Below, in pieces: positions 9,767-19,427 of a stretch of DNA of 60,224 bases (position 1 is the first letter of the stretch; each line of letters begins with the position of its first letter). Position numbers and translations under genes: made by a program. This stretch comes from a virus: IMG/VR virus record IMGVR_UViG_3300045988_031686; one strand, 5' to 3'. The notes beneath the pieces are model-generated. The model made no database searches. It was not told the DNA's origin and saw only the letters and a list, made by a program, of their open reading frames with translations.

Positions 9767-9791
9767 GGGCGGTCTACGGACTGCCCCTTTT
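9767..9791 (+). terminator. Intrinsic terminator after the major tail gene
   Basis: 8-bp stem gggcggtc/gactgccc, loop tacg, then cttttcc. Confidence 0.55.
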
Positions 9792-9825
9792 CCTATGGAA
9801 AACATAGGAGGAAAAGGAGAGCATA

Positions 9826-10278
9826 ATGATAACATTCGATATCGATAACAAGGAATATAAGTTAGAGTTTGGCTTTGATGCGGCAGAGAACAAAGACATT
9901 GTCCAGAAGATGTTCGATTACATGACTGGCGCATATATCTACAAGGAAACTGGAAACACAATTACTGCAACATCTAACGGTGCGGCTAAGATGGTGGCTG
10001 ATTACAGCGAAGTATGTCAGATGGCTTTTTATGCCGGATGCTTACAGCACAATGCAGTGTCAAGAGCAGAGGCTAAGACTTTAACAAGAGCATATATTAC
10101 ACAGAAGAGAAAGACAGATAGCAAGTACGGTTATTATCAGTTATTCGAGGATATTAAGATTGCTATGGCGGACGATGGTTTTTTCGAACTGAGCGGCTTG
10201 GCTCAGACAGTAGAGGAGATGAACAAGTCGGCGGCGGAGCAATTGGAGAAGATGCAGAAAGAGAAGTCAAAGAAGTAA
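9826..10278 (+). CDS. Tail assembly chaperone (gpG analogue)
   Basis: 150 aa, acidic, between the major tail protein and tape measure genes. Confidence 0.65.
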   Translation: MITFDIDNKEYKLEFGFDAAENKDIVQKMFDYMTGAYIYKETGNTITATSNGAAKMVADYSEVCQMAFYAGCLQHNAVSRAEAKTLTRAYITQKRKTDSKYGYYQLFEDIKIAMADDGFFELSGLAQTVEEMNKSAAEQLEKMQKEKSKK

Positions 10279-10655
10279 ACTTTCATAAGTTGATATGGGA
10301 AGAATACTTCCCGCTTGCTTTTTCAATCGGAATCAGTCTTGAACAGTTCAAAAAGCTTACTCCTAAGACACTTGGGTATTGCCTTAAAGGCGAAGAATTA
10401 CGGCGCAAAGAGCGTGACCGGGAAATGTGGATGTGGACACGCCAATACGGCATACCGGCAATCATCATCGGAACAAGAGGCGGTGCATGGGGCAAGGATA
10501 AGGTTGAATATCCTGAACAGGCTATATATGTTGCACAAGACCCAGTGGAGCAAGAACGGCTTGCAGAACGAAAAAGACAGGAGTTACTTGCACAGCTTAT
10601 GAGTATGCAAGAGAGCTTTGAACGCAATAAGAGAGAAAGAGGCGGTACAGAGTAA
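9826..10655 (+). CDS. Tail assembly chaperone G-T fusion made by a -1 programmed frameshift at 10179-10185
   Basis: The -1 frame is open from 10158 to 10655 and overlaps the end of the G ORF. The heptamer T_TTT_TTC is in the correct phase. Confidence 0.5.
10179..10185 (+). promoter_or_regulatory. Slippery heptamer T TTT TTC (-1 programmed ribosomal frameshift site)
   Basis: Zero-frame codons are ggt ttt ttc. After the slip the ribosome reads ttt ttt cga in the open -1 frame. Confidence 0.5.
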
Positions 10656-10694
10656 TCTGTGTCGCTTTTATTTTTATGACGAGGAGGTGAGAGG

Positions 10695-11972
10695 ATGGCA
10701 GAAGTTGACAGCTTGGAGATTGGGTTGCAGGCGAACGCTAAAAAAGCGAATGACAGCATTGAAACCCTTATCACTAAGCTTGGTAGACTTGCATCGGCAT
10801 TAGGGAGTGTCAACGGCTCACAGCTTAGTACACTGACTATGAATGTCAATAATTTAGGTGCGTCCATGAAGTCGATAAATGATGTCGGCACAGCAAGCTT
10901 CACTAGACTTGCAAAAAACATCGGACAGATAGCAAGCGTCGACAGTTCAGCACTTAATACGGTTGCAAGCTCACTTAATTCCACGGCGAGCGCATTTAAC
11001 CAGTTTACGGCGGTATCTGAAAATGCAACTAAGATAGGTGAGGTTGCAAAGAACATATCTAAACTTGGCAATAAGAGCGTGCAGACCGCAGTAACCAACA
11101 TTCCGCAGTTGGCGACAGCACTTCAAGGGTTATTCACAACGCTTTCAAGTACACCGACAGTAAGCAATAACGTCATCCAGATGACTAACGCATTGGCGAA
11201 TTTAGCGAGTCAAGGTTCAAGGGTAGGTTCTGCTTCACGGACAATTCAAAGAAGCCTAAATGGGGTTCAGAGAAGCGTACAGATGGCAACCAAAAGCACA
11301 TGGTCACTGGCTAAGGCGTTCGGAAAGTTTTACGCATCATACTTTATGGTTGTGCGAGGAGCTAAGGGCTTGTGGAAGTCCATTGAAAGCACCACGGACT
11401 ATATCGAGGCATTTAACTACTATGCGGTTGCATTTGGCAAAATCGGCTCCGAATGGGGCAAAGACTTTGAAAAGTACGGCTATGACAATGCTACCGATTA
11501 TGCGAACAGCTTTTCGGATAGAGTAAGCGCATTGCTTGGTAAACTTTCAGGACTGCAGGTTGATGTTGAGGGTGGCTTGCTTACGGCAGACAGTGCAAAG
11601 AACTTAGGCTTGAATATCCAAGAGGTTACGGAGTTTGCGTCACAGCTTGCTTCGGTGACTAATTCGCTTGGACAGACAGGAGAGACAACCACGGCAGTAG
11701 CAAAGTCAATGACAATGCTTGCAGGCGATATAAGCTCTCTTTTCAACATAGACTATACATCCGTAGCCACCAACATACAAAGTGGCTTAATCGGTCAATC
11801 AAGGGCATTGTACAAGTATGGTATTGATATTACCAATGCCACATTGCAGACATACGCTTACAACTTAGGCGTTGAAAAATCCATAAGTGAAATGACACAG
11901 ATGGAAAAGCAGCAGTTAAGAGTACTTGCTATACTTGACCAGTCTAAGGTTTCATGGGGTGATTTAGCTAAT
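10695..11972 (+). CDS. Tape measure protein, exon 1 (the ORF runs on to a stop at 12020 inside the intervening sequence)
   Basis: Ala/Ser/Leu-rich helical protein following the chaperones. Ends ...QSKVSWGDLAN at the proposed 5' splice site. Confidence 0.75.
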
Positions 11973-13246
11973 AAACGGAAGAAAGTTTATAAATTAACTT
12001 ATCTTCCAAGTGTTGCATAAGAATAGAAATATCTTATGACAATCGGGCAATATCGGTGAAGGCTAAGGCTTTTAAAAACAAGATTTATATGGTATAATAT
12101 AAGCATGAATAAAACTTATATTATATACAAAGTAACCAATAAAATCAATAACAAAATTTATATCGGAAAAACTTATAATTTAGAAAAAAAGAAAAGCCCA
12201 ACATTTATATGATATAGATGATGAGCTACCTTTTCATGCGGCTCTGAAAAAATACGGCATTAATAATTTTGAATGGGAGATTATTGATTATTCAGAGAGT
12301 GATAAGGAAATAAGGGAGAAAGAAATTTACTGGATTAAAAAATACAACTCATGTATATTTTTTGAGAACTCACAAGGCTACAATCTTACACTTGGCGGTG
12401 AAGGTGGAGTGTCTTGGAACTCTAAACCTGTATTACAGTATGGTTTAGACGGAAAATTTCTTAATGAATATATTAGCGCTGCTCATGCAAGTACATCAAC
12501 AGGAGTTCAGCGTAGAGATATTGCGAAATGTGCAAACGGTGTCATCAAAAGAGCGGGTAAATATATTTGGCGTTTTAAAATCAGCAATTATCCAAAGCAA
12601 ATTGTTCCTTATAGCGGTAAAACAAGTGCAAGAAAACACAAGGTAATGCAACTTGACAAAGATGGGTTTGTTTTAAATATTTTTGATTCACTTACTCAAG
12701 CAAGTAAAGAAACATCAACGCCAAGAACAAGCATATCTTTTTGTTTAAATAAGACTTATGGTACTGCAAATAATTTTGTTTGGATATACGCTGATGAATA
12801 CAATCCATGTAAAGATTATAAGTATAAAGGCATAAAAGAAGGAAAAGGCATTTACCAGTTAGATGAAAATAAAAATATTGTTAATCATTTTAATAACTGC
12901 ACAGAAGCAGCAAGATTTTTAAATGAACCTGAAAAGGTACATAAACAAATATTTAAAGCAATTAAAACTGGAAATAAATGTAGAGGATTTTATTGGACTA
13001 AAGTTGAAAGCTATGCTAATACCGAGATAACTCAATAGATTGCGAGCAGGCTATTGAGTATCGTAACGAGTAGGAAGTGAATAAATATAATCTTCCCAAG
13101 AGTGTCCGACACTACTGCATGTAGGGCAGTATGAGGTGGAAGTGGCTACCACCAAACCAAACGTAAAACGTGGGTGATAATGTACTCTGAACTTATAGGA
13201 AACTATAAGAAGTATAGGATAAAGAACCTATACGATAACATAATTG
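11973..13246 (+). mobile_element. Group-I-intron-like intervening sequence carrying a GIY-YIG homing endonuclease gene
   Basis: Preceded by U (11972) and ends in G (13246). Joining the flanks restores one TMP frame. Dense hairpins at 11977-12007, 13031-13058, 13073-13096, 13135-13153, 13192-13209 (GAAA loop) and 13212-13233. Confidence 0.6.
12105..13038 (+). pseudogene. Intron-encoded GIY-YIG homing endonuclease, frameshifted at the A7 run 12184-12190
   Basis: Frame 0 reads MNKTYIIYKVTNKINNKIYIGKTYNLEKK and then stops. The +1 frame continues KRKAQHLYD...EKEIYWIKKYN...GYNLTLGGEG plus a C-terminal repeat region. An A6 run would give one ORF. Confidence 0.75.
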
Positions 13247-16200
13247 ACAATCAATTCCCCAAGTAACATGATTAGGCAATTCAACACAAATATTAAAGAG
13301 ACAGGCATGGTATTAGGACAGATTTTTATACCTGTCCTTCAAAAGGTTATGCCTGTTGTTAATGGTGTAACAATCGCCATTAAGCGTATGCTTGTGGGCG
13401 TTGCAAGCCTTATGGGTGTCAAGATTGATTTTGACGCTTTCGGTCAGAATGGCTATAAGGACACCACAGACGGCTTAGAGGATATAGCAGACGGCTATGA
13501 CAACGTGGCAGATGCGGCTAAGAACGCACAAAAGGGTGTTCGTGGATTTGACGAACTTAATAATATCAGTACTGACACGAATAAAAGCGGCGCTTCCGCT
13601 GGCACAGGTGATACGATTGACCTCACGGACGAGATTGTTAAGGCTACGGAAGAATACGAAAAAGTTTGGAACGATGCTTTTGATAAGATGGAGAATAAAG
13701 CCGAGGCATGGGCTGATAAAGTGCAAGGCTTTTTTGAGCGCATGTTCAAACCGCTTAAAACATGGGGCAGTAAAATTGACTGGAAAAAGCTTAAAAACGG
13801 CTTTAATAGCGTTTTAGACTTTGCTAAGAAGTTTACAGTTGGCACAGGTTCAGGCTTTTTGGATTTCATCGAGGGCTTATCCGACATTGGCGCACCTGCT
13901 ATCAATTTGTTAGGTGGTGCTGTAGAAATATTATTCAAGGCGCTTAATTTAGTCCCAGCTCCAGTGTGGCATACATTGGGCGGTGCTTTAGGTGGTGTGT
14001 TAACAGCTCTTCTTGCGTTTAAAGCTTATTCCACTATTGCAAGTGGTATAAATACTGGCTTAGGCAAATTTGCCGATGCAATTCTGAAAATATCTAACGC
14101 AAAACCAGTTAGTGTCGGTGATGGTGTTGGTAAACTTGGTACAGCAATAGCTTCATTAAGCACAGGCGGATATGTTGTGCTTGCTGTTGGCGCATTAGCA
14201 GCGGTGGCAGGAGCTATTATATCTATTGAGCAAGCCTATAAGAACAGCATTGACACATTCACGCAAACAAGTGTATTTGATGGTCAAGGTACACCAATAG
14301 GCGATATAGCACAACAAGTAATCGACCTTATCAATGCAACCGGAACGTCAAGTGAAGATATGGCTAATTTTGCAACGGAGCTTGACAGAGTAAATACAAA
14401 CTTACAAAGTGCAAGTGAAGAAGTTGAAAATCTTAAATTCAAGTTTGACAACTTAGATTTAAAGAACATATCTGATACGGATATAGAAGATATGCGTACA
14501 GCAGTCGGCGACCTTGCTTCCGCATTGCGCGATGATTTGCATGTTAGTTCCGATATGGCATGGGACGCTTTGGCTAAGATGTCCGCAGATACAGCAACGA
14601 AGTTAGGGGTTAGTGTGGGTGAAATGACAACCATATTGTCGAATTTTAATGCTAGATTTAACGGCATTTACAGCGATATGGAATCGCAAGCTAATACGAT
14701 TTTTGACAAAATGCTTAGCGGCGAAGCTACGCAAGCAGACGTTGACGCACTTAATGGCTTGCTTGATGACATGAATTATCTAAGCGGTGAAGCCATAAAA
14801 CGACAGGTTGACTTGCAAAACAGCTTTAAGGACATAACAAATATCAATTTTGGAAGTGTTGAAGAAACCACACAGGCAATCGCACAAATAACGGAAGCAG
14901 GGCAAGCTAAACTTGCGGAAGTTGACGAATATTACCAAAACCTTATAGGGCAAGCTGATGAATGGAAAATATATACTCAACGTGCTTTGGAGCGCGGAAA
15001 AATTACTCCGGAAGAAGCAGGGCAATACCTTGACTGGATTGGTAATCTCACGGAAATATATGATGCTAACTGGACTGAGGAAAGAGGCAACATTACCAAA
15101 CAGATAAACACAACATTTGACTACATACAGTCACAAGTTGAAAAAGCAGGAGTTGAAGCTTTCCAAGAGGCACAGACAAAAGACTGGGGATTTGCTGATT
15201 TATTCAAGAATCCAATACAGGATGTTGTTAAGAGCGTTAATAAGAATATGGTACAACCAACTATTACCGCAATCAATCAAGGAAAAGAACAGATTGGCAT
15301 TGAAATATCCAAAGACAATCATTTGTATGAAAGATGGCTTGACAATGCTGCCATATCCGAAAATGATGTAAGCGGTTGGGCTATGAAAAATGCTAATGCT
15401 ATCGGAAATGCAGTATTAGCTAATGCCGATATAACTACCAAGGCTTTTGCTGAAATGGCAGGATATGACGTAAGTGGCTATACAGATACAATCGAAAAAT
15501 ATCAACCTATTGTAAAAACGTCTCTGATAAACATGAATAACAATGCAATAATGGGTTTGCTGGATGAAGCAAATACTAAAATGCAAAATGTAGGTAAATC
15601 AGCTGTTACAAGTTATATCGGCGGTGTAAATAGCAATTCTCAACAGCTTATTAAGCCAGTAGCCGGACTTGCCAACTTATCCCTTAGTACTTTTATGGAG
15701 GCTCAAGGTTCGCAAGGTGATAAACCGTCATCGGGTTTTAATAGTATTGGTCAAAATTCTATATTAGGGTATATGGAAGGCATTAAAGCGCTTACTTTAG
15801 CAGTGACAGATAAAATGAAAAAACTTGGAGGAATGGCAAGTACTGCTTTTGCTGATAAAGTAACTGTTGGTATGCCAAGTGTAGGTGTCCAAGTAATGAA
15901 CGGATTTATGAACGGCTTATCGTCTATGGAAACCACACTGTACTCTAAGGTTGACAAGATAGCGGCTAACGTGGCTACAACAATGCAGAAAGCACTTGAC
16001 ATCCATTCACCATCAAGGGTGATGTTTGAGCTTGGTGCCTACACCACAGAGGGCTTCAAAGATGGCATGGAGAGCCTTTATGAGGCAACGCAGTTGTCGG
16101 CAAAGGATTTTGGCTTTGGTGTTGTTGAAGCTGTACACCCACAGCAGTTGTACAGTGACTATGTGAGCAGTACGCCGACTGTTAGCCCTATTCCAAGCAC

Positions 16201-16399
16201 TACAACGCAGAATTATTACAATTCCAACACAAGCGTTGACAATGCAGAAACTAATGCACTGTTGAGAGAGCAGAACCAGTTGTTGCAGCGTATTCTTGCA
16301 AAGGAATACGGCATAAGCAAAGACGATATAGGAAAAGCGTCAAGAGATTATGCAAGAGACTATTTCAGGCGCACAGGGCGAGACGCTTATACATTTTAA
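13247..16399 (+). CDS. Tape measure protein, exon 2
   Basis: Reads TINSPSNMIRQF... for 1050 aa. The frame is closed by TAA 13241-13243. Only a TTG without Shine-Dalgarno is available at 13244. Confidence 0.75.
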   Translation, partial: TINSPSNMIRQFNTNIKETGMVLGQIFIPVLQKVMPVVNGVTIAIKRMLVGVASLMGVKIDFDAFGQNGYKDTTDGLEDIADGYDNVADAAKNAQKGVRGFDELNNISTDTNKSGASAGTGDTIDLTDEIVKATEEYEKVWNDAFDKMENKAEAWADKVQGFFERMFKPLKTWGSKIDWKKLKNGFNSVLDFAKKFTVGTGSGFLDFIEGLSDIGAPAINLLGGAVEILFKALNLVPAPVWHTLGGALGGVLTALLAFKAYSTIASGINTGLGKFADAILKISNAKPVSVGDGVGKLGTAIASLSTGGYVVLAVGALAAVAGAIISIEQAYKNSIDTFTQTSVFDGQGTPIGDIAQQVIDLINATGTSSEDMANFATELDRVNTNLQSASEEVENLKFKFDNLDLKNISDTDIEDMRTAVGDLASALRDDLHVSSDMAWDALAKMSADTATKLGVSVGEMTTILSNFNARFNGIYSDMESQANTIFDKMLSGEATQADVDALNGLLDDMNYLSGEAIKRQVDLQNSFKDITNINFGSVEETTQAIAQITEAGQAKLAEVDEYYQNLIGQADEWKIYTQRALERGKITPEEAGQYLDWIGNLTEIYDANWTEERGNITKQINTTFDYIQSQVEKAGVEAFQEAQTKDWGFADLFKNPIQDVVKSVNKNMVQPTITAINQGKEQIGIEISKDNHLYERWLDNAAISENDVSGWAMKNANAIGNAVLANADITTKAFAEMAGYDVSGYTDTIEKYQPIVKTSLINMNNNAIMGLLDEANTKMQNVGKSAVTSYIGGVNSNSQQLIKPVAGLANLSLSTFMEAQGSQGDKPSSGFNSIGQNSILGYMEGIKALTLAVTDKMKKLGGMASTAFADKVTVGMPSVGVQVMNGFMNGLSSMETTLYSKVDKIAANVATTMQKALDIHSPSRVMFELGAYTTEGFKDGMESLYEATQLSAKDFGFGVVEAVHPQQLYSDYVSSTPTVSPIPSTTTQNYYNSNTSVDNAETNALLREQNQLLQRILAKEYGISKDDIGKASRDYARDYFRRTGRDAYTF

Positions 16400-16419
16400 A
16401 TTTAACTAAAACAATAGTT

Positions 16420-16448
16420 CCCCAGCAGATTATGTTTGCTGGGGTTTT
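16420..16448 (+). terminator. Intrinsic terminator after the tape measure gene
   Basis: Stem ccccagca/tgctgggg followed by tttt. Confidence 0.7.
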
Positions 16449-16484
16449 CTATTTAAAAAATCATCAACAGAAAGGAATGATACT

Positions 16485-17141
16485 ATGTTAGTAGAAACAA
16501 GAAAAATCGGTAAAAGCAAAGAGGTAACTGTTGTTAGCAGTCTTGATGTAGCAAAAACTTTTGAAAAGGAACACTACCATGTCATAGAGGAAATAAGAGC
16601 TATACAGAGTAAAATTAGTAGCACCGAATTTTCGGGGCTATTCTATGAAAGTGATTATGTTGCATCAAACGGCAAGAAAAATCCAATGTACCTTATGAAC
16701 CGAGACGGCTTTACACTTTTGGTAATGGGCTATACAGGTGAAAAGGCTATGAAGTTTAAGCTGGCTTATATCAATCAGTTTAATGCGATGGAACAGCTTC
16801 TTACAGGAAAACTAATTGAGCGTGAAAAGGGCATTGCAGTAAGACAGTCACTCACTAAGGCTATCCAGCAGTCAAATGAGAATGAGCGTATGCACGGACA
16901 CGCTTATTCCACATATACCGACATTATTTATAAGGTGATATTCGGCAAAACAGCAAAGCAGTTAAGGGAAGAATACGGCATTGACAAAAAGGCTAATTTA
17001 AGAGACTGTTTTACGGCTGAGGAGCTTGCAAAAGTTCAGTCCATAGAAATGATTGTCAGCGGTCTTGTAAATTGCGGCTGGGGATATGATGATATAAAGA
17101 ACTTCATCACCAATCCGACCAAAAAATTACTTGTAGCATGA
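16485..17141 (+). CDS. Rha-family phage regulatory protein (copy 1)
   Basis: VVSSLDVAKTFEKEHYHVIEEI...NPMYLMNRDGFTLLVMGYTGEKAMKFKLAYINQFNAME. Confidence 0.8.
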   Translation: MLVETRKIGKSKEVTVVSSLDVAKTFEKEHYHVIEEIRAIQSKISSTEFSGLFYESDYVASNGKKNPMYLMNRDGFTLLVMGYTGEKAMKFKLAYINQFNAMEQLLTGKLIEREKGIAVRQSLTKAIQQSNENERMHGHAYSTYTDIIYKVIFGKTAKQLREEYGIDKKANLRDCFTAEELAKVQSIEMIVSGLVNCGWGYDDIKNFITNPTKKLLVA

Positions 17142-17205
17142 ATTGACATGCCTCCCATAAAGTAGTAGTATTAAGTCACTACACAAATATGGGAGGTATT
17201 GTTAT

Positions 17206-17454
17206 ATGGAAGAAAAAACTACTAAAACCGACAATCAAAGCAAAGACAGTGAGGATATTAAAATAAATGTAATATCCATACTGCTTGGTTTAGCTTTTTT
17301 GTTAGGTGTATTTTTGGCTTTAACTGGCAGATTTATGATTTTATTGTGGATAATAGGCATTTTTTTAAGCCTGTTTTGCTTATTTTTGGGTATAAGACTT
17401 TGCTTTGATGTCCACGCAATCAGAAAGCACTTTGAAAGCAAGGAGGGCAGATAA
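17206..17454 (+). CDS. Small two-TM membrane protein
   Basis: 82 aa with RBS GGGAGG; two hydrophobic segments. Confidence 0.55.
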   Translation: MEEKTTKTDNQSKDSEDIKINVISILLGLAFLLGVFLALTGRFMILLWIIGIFLSLFCLFLGIRLCFDVHAIRKHFESKEGR

Positions 17455-17456
17455 TT

Positions 17457-18638
17457 ATGAAAGCACTTAAAGTTGGAGTGGTTGTTTTATCTGTCACTTT
17501 AATGGTTTGCGGTTGCAATAGTCCTCAGGACAATGCAGAGACAACTATACCAACAGAAACCACAACCGAGAAAATTCCAGAAACAACTACTGTTGCAGAA
17601 ACGACAATCGAAGTTGAGTCGTCTGATGATTACGAGGGTGAAGAAGAATATTACAGTTTTGAGAAAGACATTACAAATGGCAATGTTGATATTACAATGA
17701 TAGTAGATAATAAGATAAAGTTTCTTATTAATGCCAAGGCTGATAGTACGGATAAAGCAACTATCATGTATCTTGCAATCATTAATGTTATTAAAGGAAT
17801 GGAAAACACCGATGCGTTGGTAATTGTGGACACCGATAGCGGTTCTGTTTCATACACTCAGGCTGACGGAGAACTTACATCAATAAGCAGTACAGACAAG
17901 AATGGAAACACGATTTTGGCTTTACCTGATTGGCTTAATCAAAACATAGACATGACATTGGAAGATAATGTAAATTGCTATAATGACGTATTAAATGTTT
18001 TTTCGGAATTTGCTTTAAGCAATAAAGGCGTAGAAACATCTGACATGGAAAACGTACAGGAAACCACAACAAATATTGTAACTACAACGCAACAAAACGA
18101 GGATATTGAAATACTTGCCGAATATACACTTGCTGATGGCATCGGTTGGTACACATATCATTTTTTAGTCATTAAGAATAATACAAACAAAACTCTTAAT
18201 GTTAAAACAAGTTCAAAAGCTTATGCGGAAGATGGCTCAATACTTAGCGTTGCTAATTCTGAATTTGATGCACTTGGTTCCGAATGTACTTCGGTGATTA
18301 CAGAAGCTTTTGAAACTAGCTCGGAAATATCTTCTTACGATACCAAGATAACAACCAAAACGGATGGTTGGTATGACTCGGTTATAGAGGACTTATCCTA
18401 TACAGAGTCAATTATAAAGGATGGTGTGATATATGAAGTAACTAATAATGGTGATAAAGCGGCAGAATTTGTCGAAGGCTATGTTTTGTTTTTTAACGGA
18501 AACAACCTTGCTGATTGGGATTACAGCTATTTTACAGATGATGATTACGAGATAAAACCAGGCGACACGATTTCAAAACAGTTGAGTTGTTATAAAGCTT
18601 TTGACCGAGTAGAGTTTTATTTAGACGGAAGAAGATAA
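17457..18638 (+). CDS. Lipoprotein (possible superinfection-exclusion factor)
   Basis: Signal peptide MKALKVGVVVLSVTLMVCGC with a lipobox-like VCGC, followed by a Thr/Glu-rich linker. Confidence 0.65.
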   Translation: MKALKVGVVVLSVTLMVCGCNSPQDNAETTIPTETTTEKIPETTTVAETTIEVESSDDYEGEEEYYSFEKDITNGNVDITMIVDNKIKFLINAKADSTDKATIMYLAIINVIKGMENTDALVIVDTDSGSVSYTQADGELTSISSTDKNGNTILALPDWLNQNIDMTLEDNVNCYNDVLNVFSEFALSNKGVETSDMENVQETTTNIVTTTQQNEDIEILAEYTLADGIGWYTYHFLVIKNNTNKTLNVKTSSKAYAEDGSILSVANSEFDALGSECTSVITEAFETSSEISSYDTKITTKTDGWYDSVIEDLSYTESIIKDGVIYEVTNNGDKAAEFVEGYVLFFNGNNLADWDYSYFTDDDYEIKPGDTISKQLSCYKAFDRVEFYLDGRR

Positions 18639-18640
18639 AC

Positions 18641-18666
18641 AAAAAGGAGCTGAAAAGCTCCTTTTT
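18641..18666 (+). terminator. Intrinsic terminator
   Basis: Stem aaaaggagc/gctcctttt followed by T residues. Confidence 0.7.
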
Positions 18667-18747
18667 GTTTGAAAAATTTTAAAATAATGCTTGACAATTA
18701 TTGCAATGGCAGTTATTATTATAACATAAATATTGCAAGGGCAATAA

Positions 18748-18948
18748 TTGAAAGGAGATGATTTTATCAGTCCAGCAGGCAGACCGCCAAAGGAAAACCC
18801 AAGAAATGTAAACCTTAATATCCGAATTACTAAGGATGAAGCACAAAGAATACAAAGTTGTGCAGATGAGTTGAGGGTTACAAGAACAGATGCAATTATG
18901 AAAGGTATCGGTTTGGTGGAAAAAGAATTAGAGAAACAAAAAGAGTAG
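18748..18948 (+). CDS. Ribbon-helix-helix DNA-binding protein
   Basis: GRPPKENPRNVNLNIRITKDEAQRIQSCADELRVTRTDAIMKGI follows the RHH pattern. The start codon is uncertain (TTG). Confidence 0.5.
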   Translation: MKGDDFISPAGRPPKENPRNVNLNIRITKDEAQRIQSCADELRVTRTDAIMKGIGLVEKELEKQKE

Positions 18949-19073
18949 TCACTATAAGTTTTGACCGACTTGTGACTACTCAAGACACAACTCCGTAAAG
19001 GAATTGATAAGCATATTCTATCATTCCTTTGCGGAGAAATCAAGAGGTTTTTAACAGAAAGGAATGGTATGAT

Positions 19074-19313
19074 ATGGCAAGAATTAACTGGAGAGAAGAA
19101 TTTGACAAGGCAGACGAGGAAAACATGAGACTGCTTTGCGAGTGCAGGAAGGAGCAGTTGAGAAAAATCATTATGCAGGTTATCTTGGATTGCGATAACG
19201 AGAAGTACTTAGACAATATCGCAATTTTCGCCGCCGCTACGAATGACAAGAGCGTAGAGCGTGTCATGGGTGGCTATGAACTTACCTCAAAAGAAAAGGC
19301 AGGTGTTGCATAA
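19074..19313 (+). CDS. Hypothetical protein
   Basis: ORF with ATG 19074 after AAAGGA. Confidence 0.45.
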   Translation: MARINWREEFDKADEENMRLLCECRKEQLRKIIMQVILDCDNEKYLDNIAIFAAATNDKSVERVMGGYELTSKEKAGVA

Positions 19314-19426
19314 TGGAAGATAATAGAGCATTACTCCACAAGATGATTGACAGCATAACAAGCTGCGGAACGCTTGAATACCTCGCAACTTTTGTGAGAT
19401 TATTCTTAGAAAAGTGGGGTGACTGA
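19313..19426 (+). CDS. Small hypothetical protein (37 aa)
   Basis: ATG overlaps the upstream stop codon (TAATG). Similar in style to the 26210 ORF. Confidence 0.3.
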   Translation: MEDNRALLHKMIDSITSCGTLEYLATFVRLFLEKWGD

Positions 19427-19427
19427 T

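Noticed and set aside
10283-11101. 272-aa reverse-strand ORF, the longest antisense ORF in the track.
   Set aside because: It lies entirely antisense to the chaperone and tape-measure genes, is Ser/Leu-rich and low-complexity, and has no RBS. It is a shadow ORF. The same reasoning applies to 31919-32392(-), 13495-13938(-), 14284-14667(-), 24331-24678(-) and 46530-46928(-).
12409-13038. 209-aa ORF treated as an independent gene.
   Set aside because: It is the C-terminal two-thirds of the frameshifted GIY-YIG endonuclease. The same frame is open back to 12184 and encodes the rest of the catalytic domain.
13244-13246. TTG at 13244 as an independent start for a second tape-measure polypeptide.
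   Set aside because: There is no Shine-Dalgarno upstream (cctatacgataacataa), and the in-frame junction with exon 1 is seamless. Splicing is the more economical explanation, though it is unproven.
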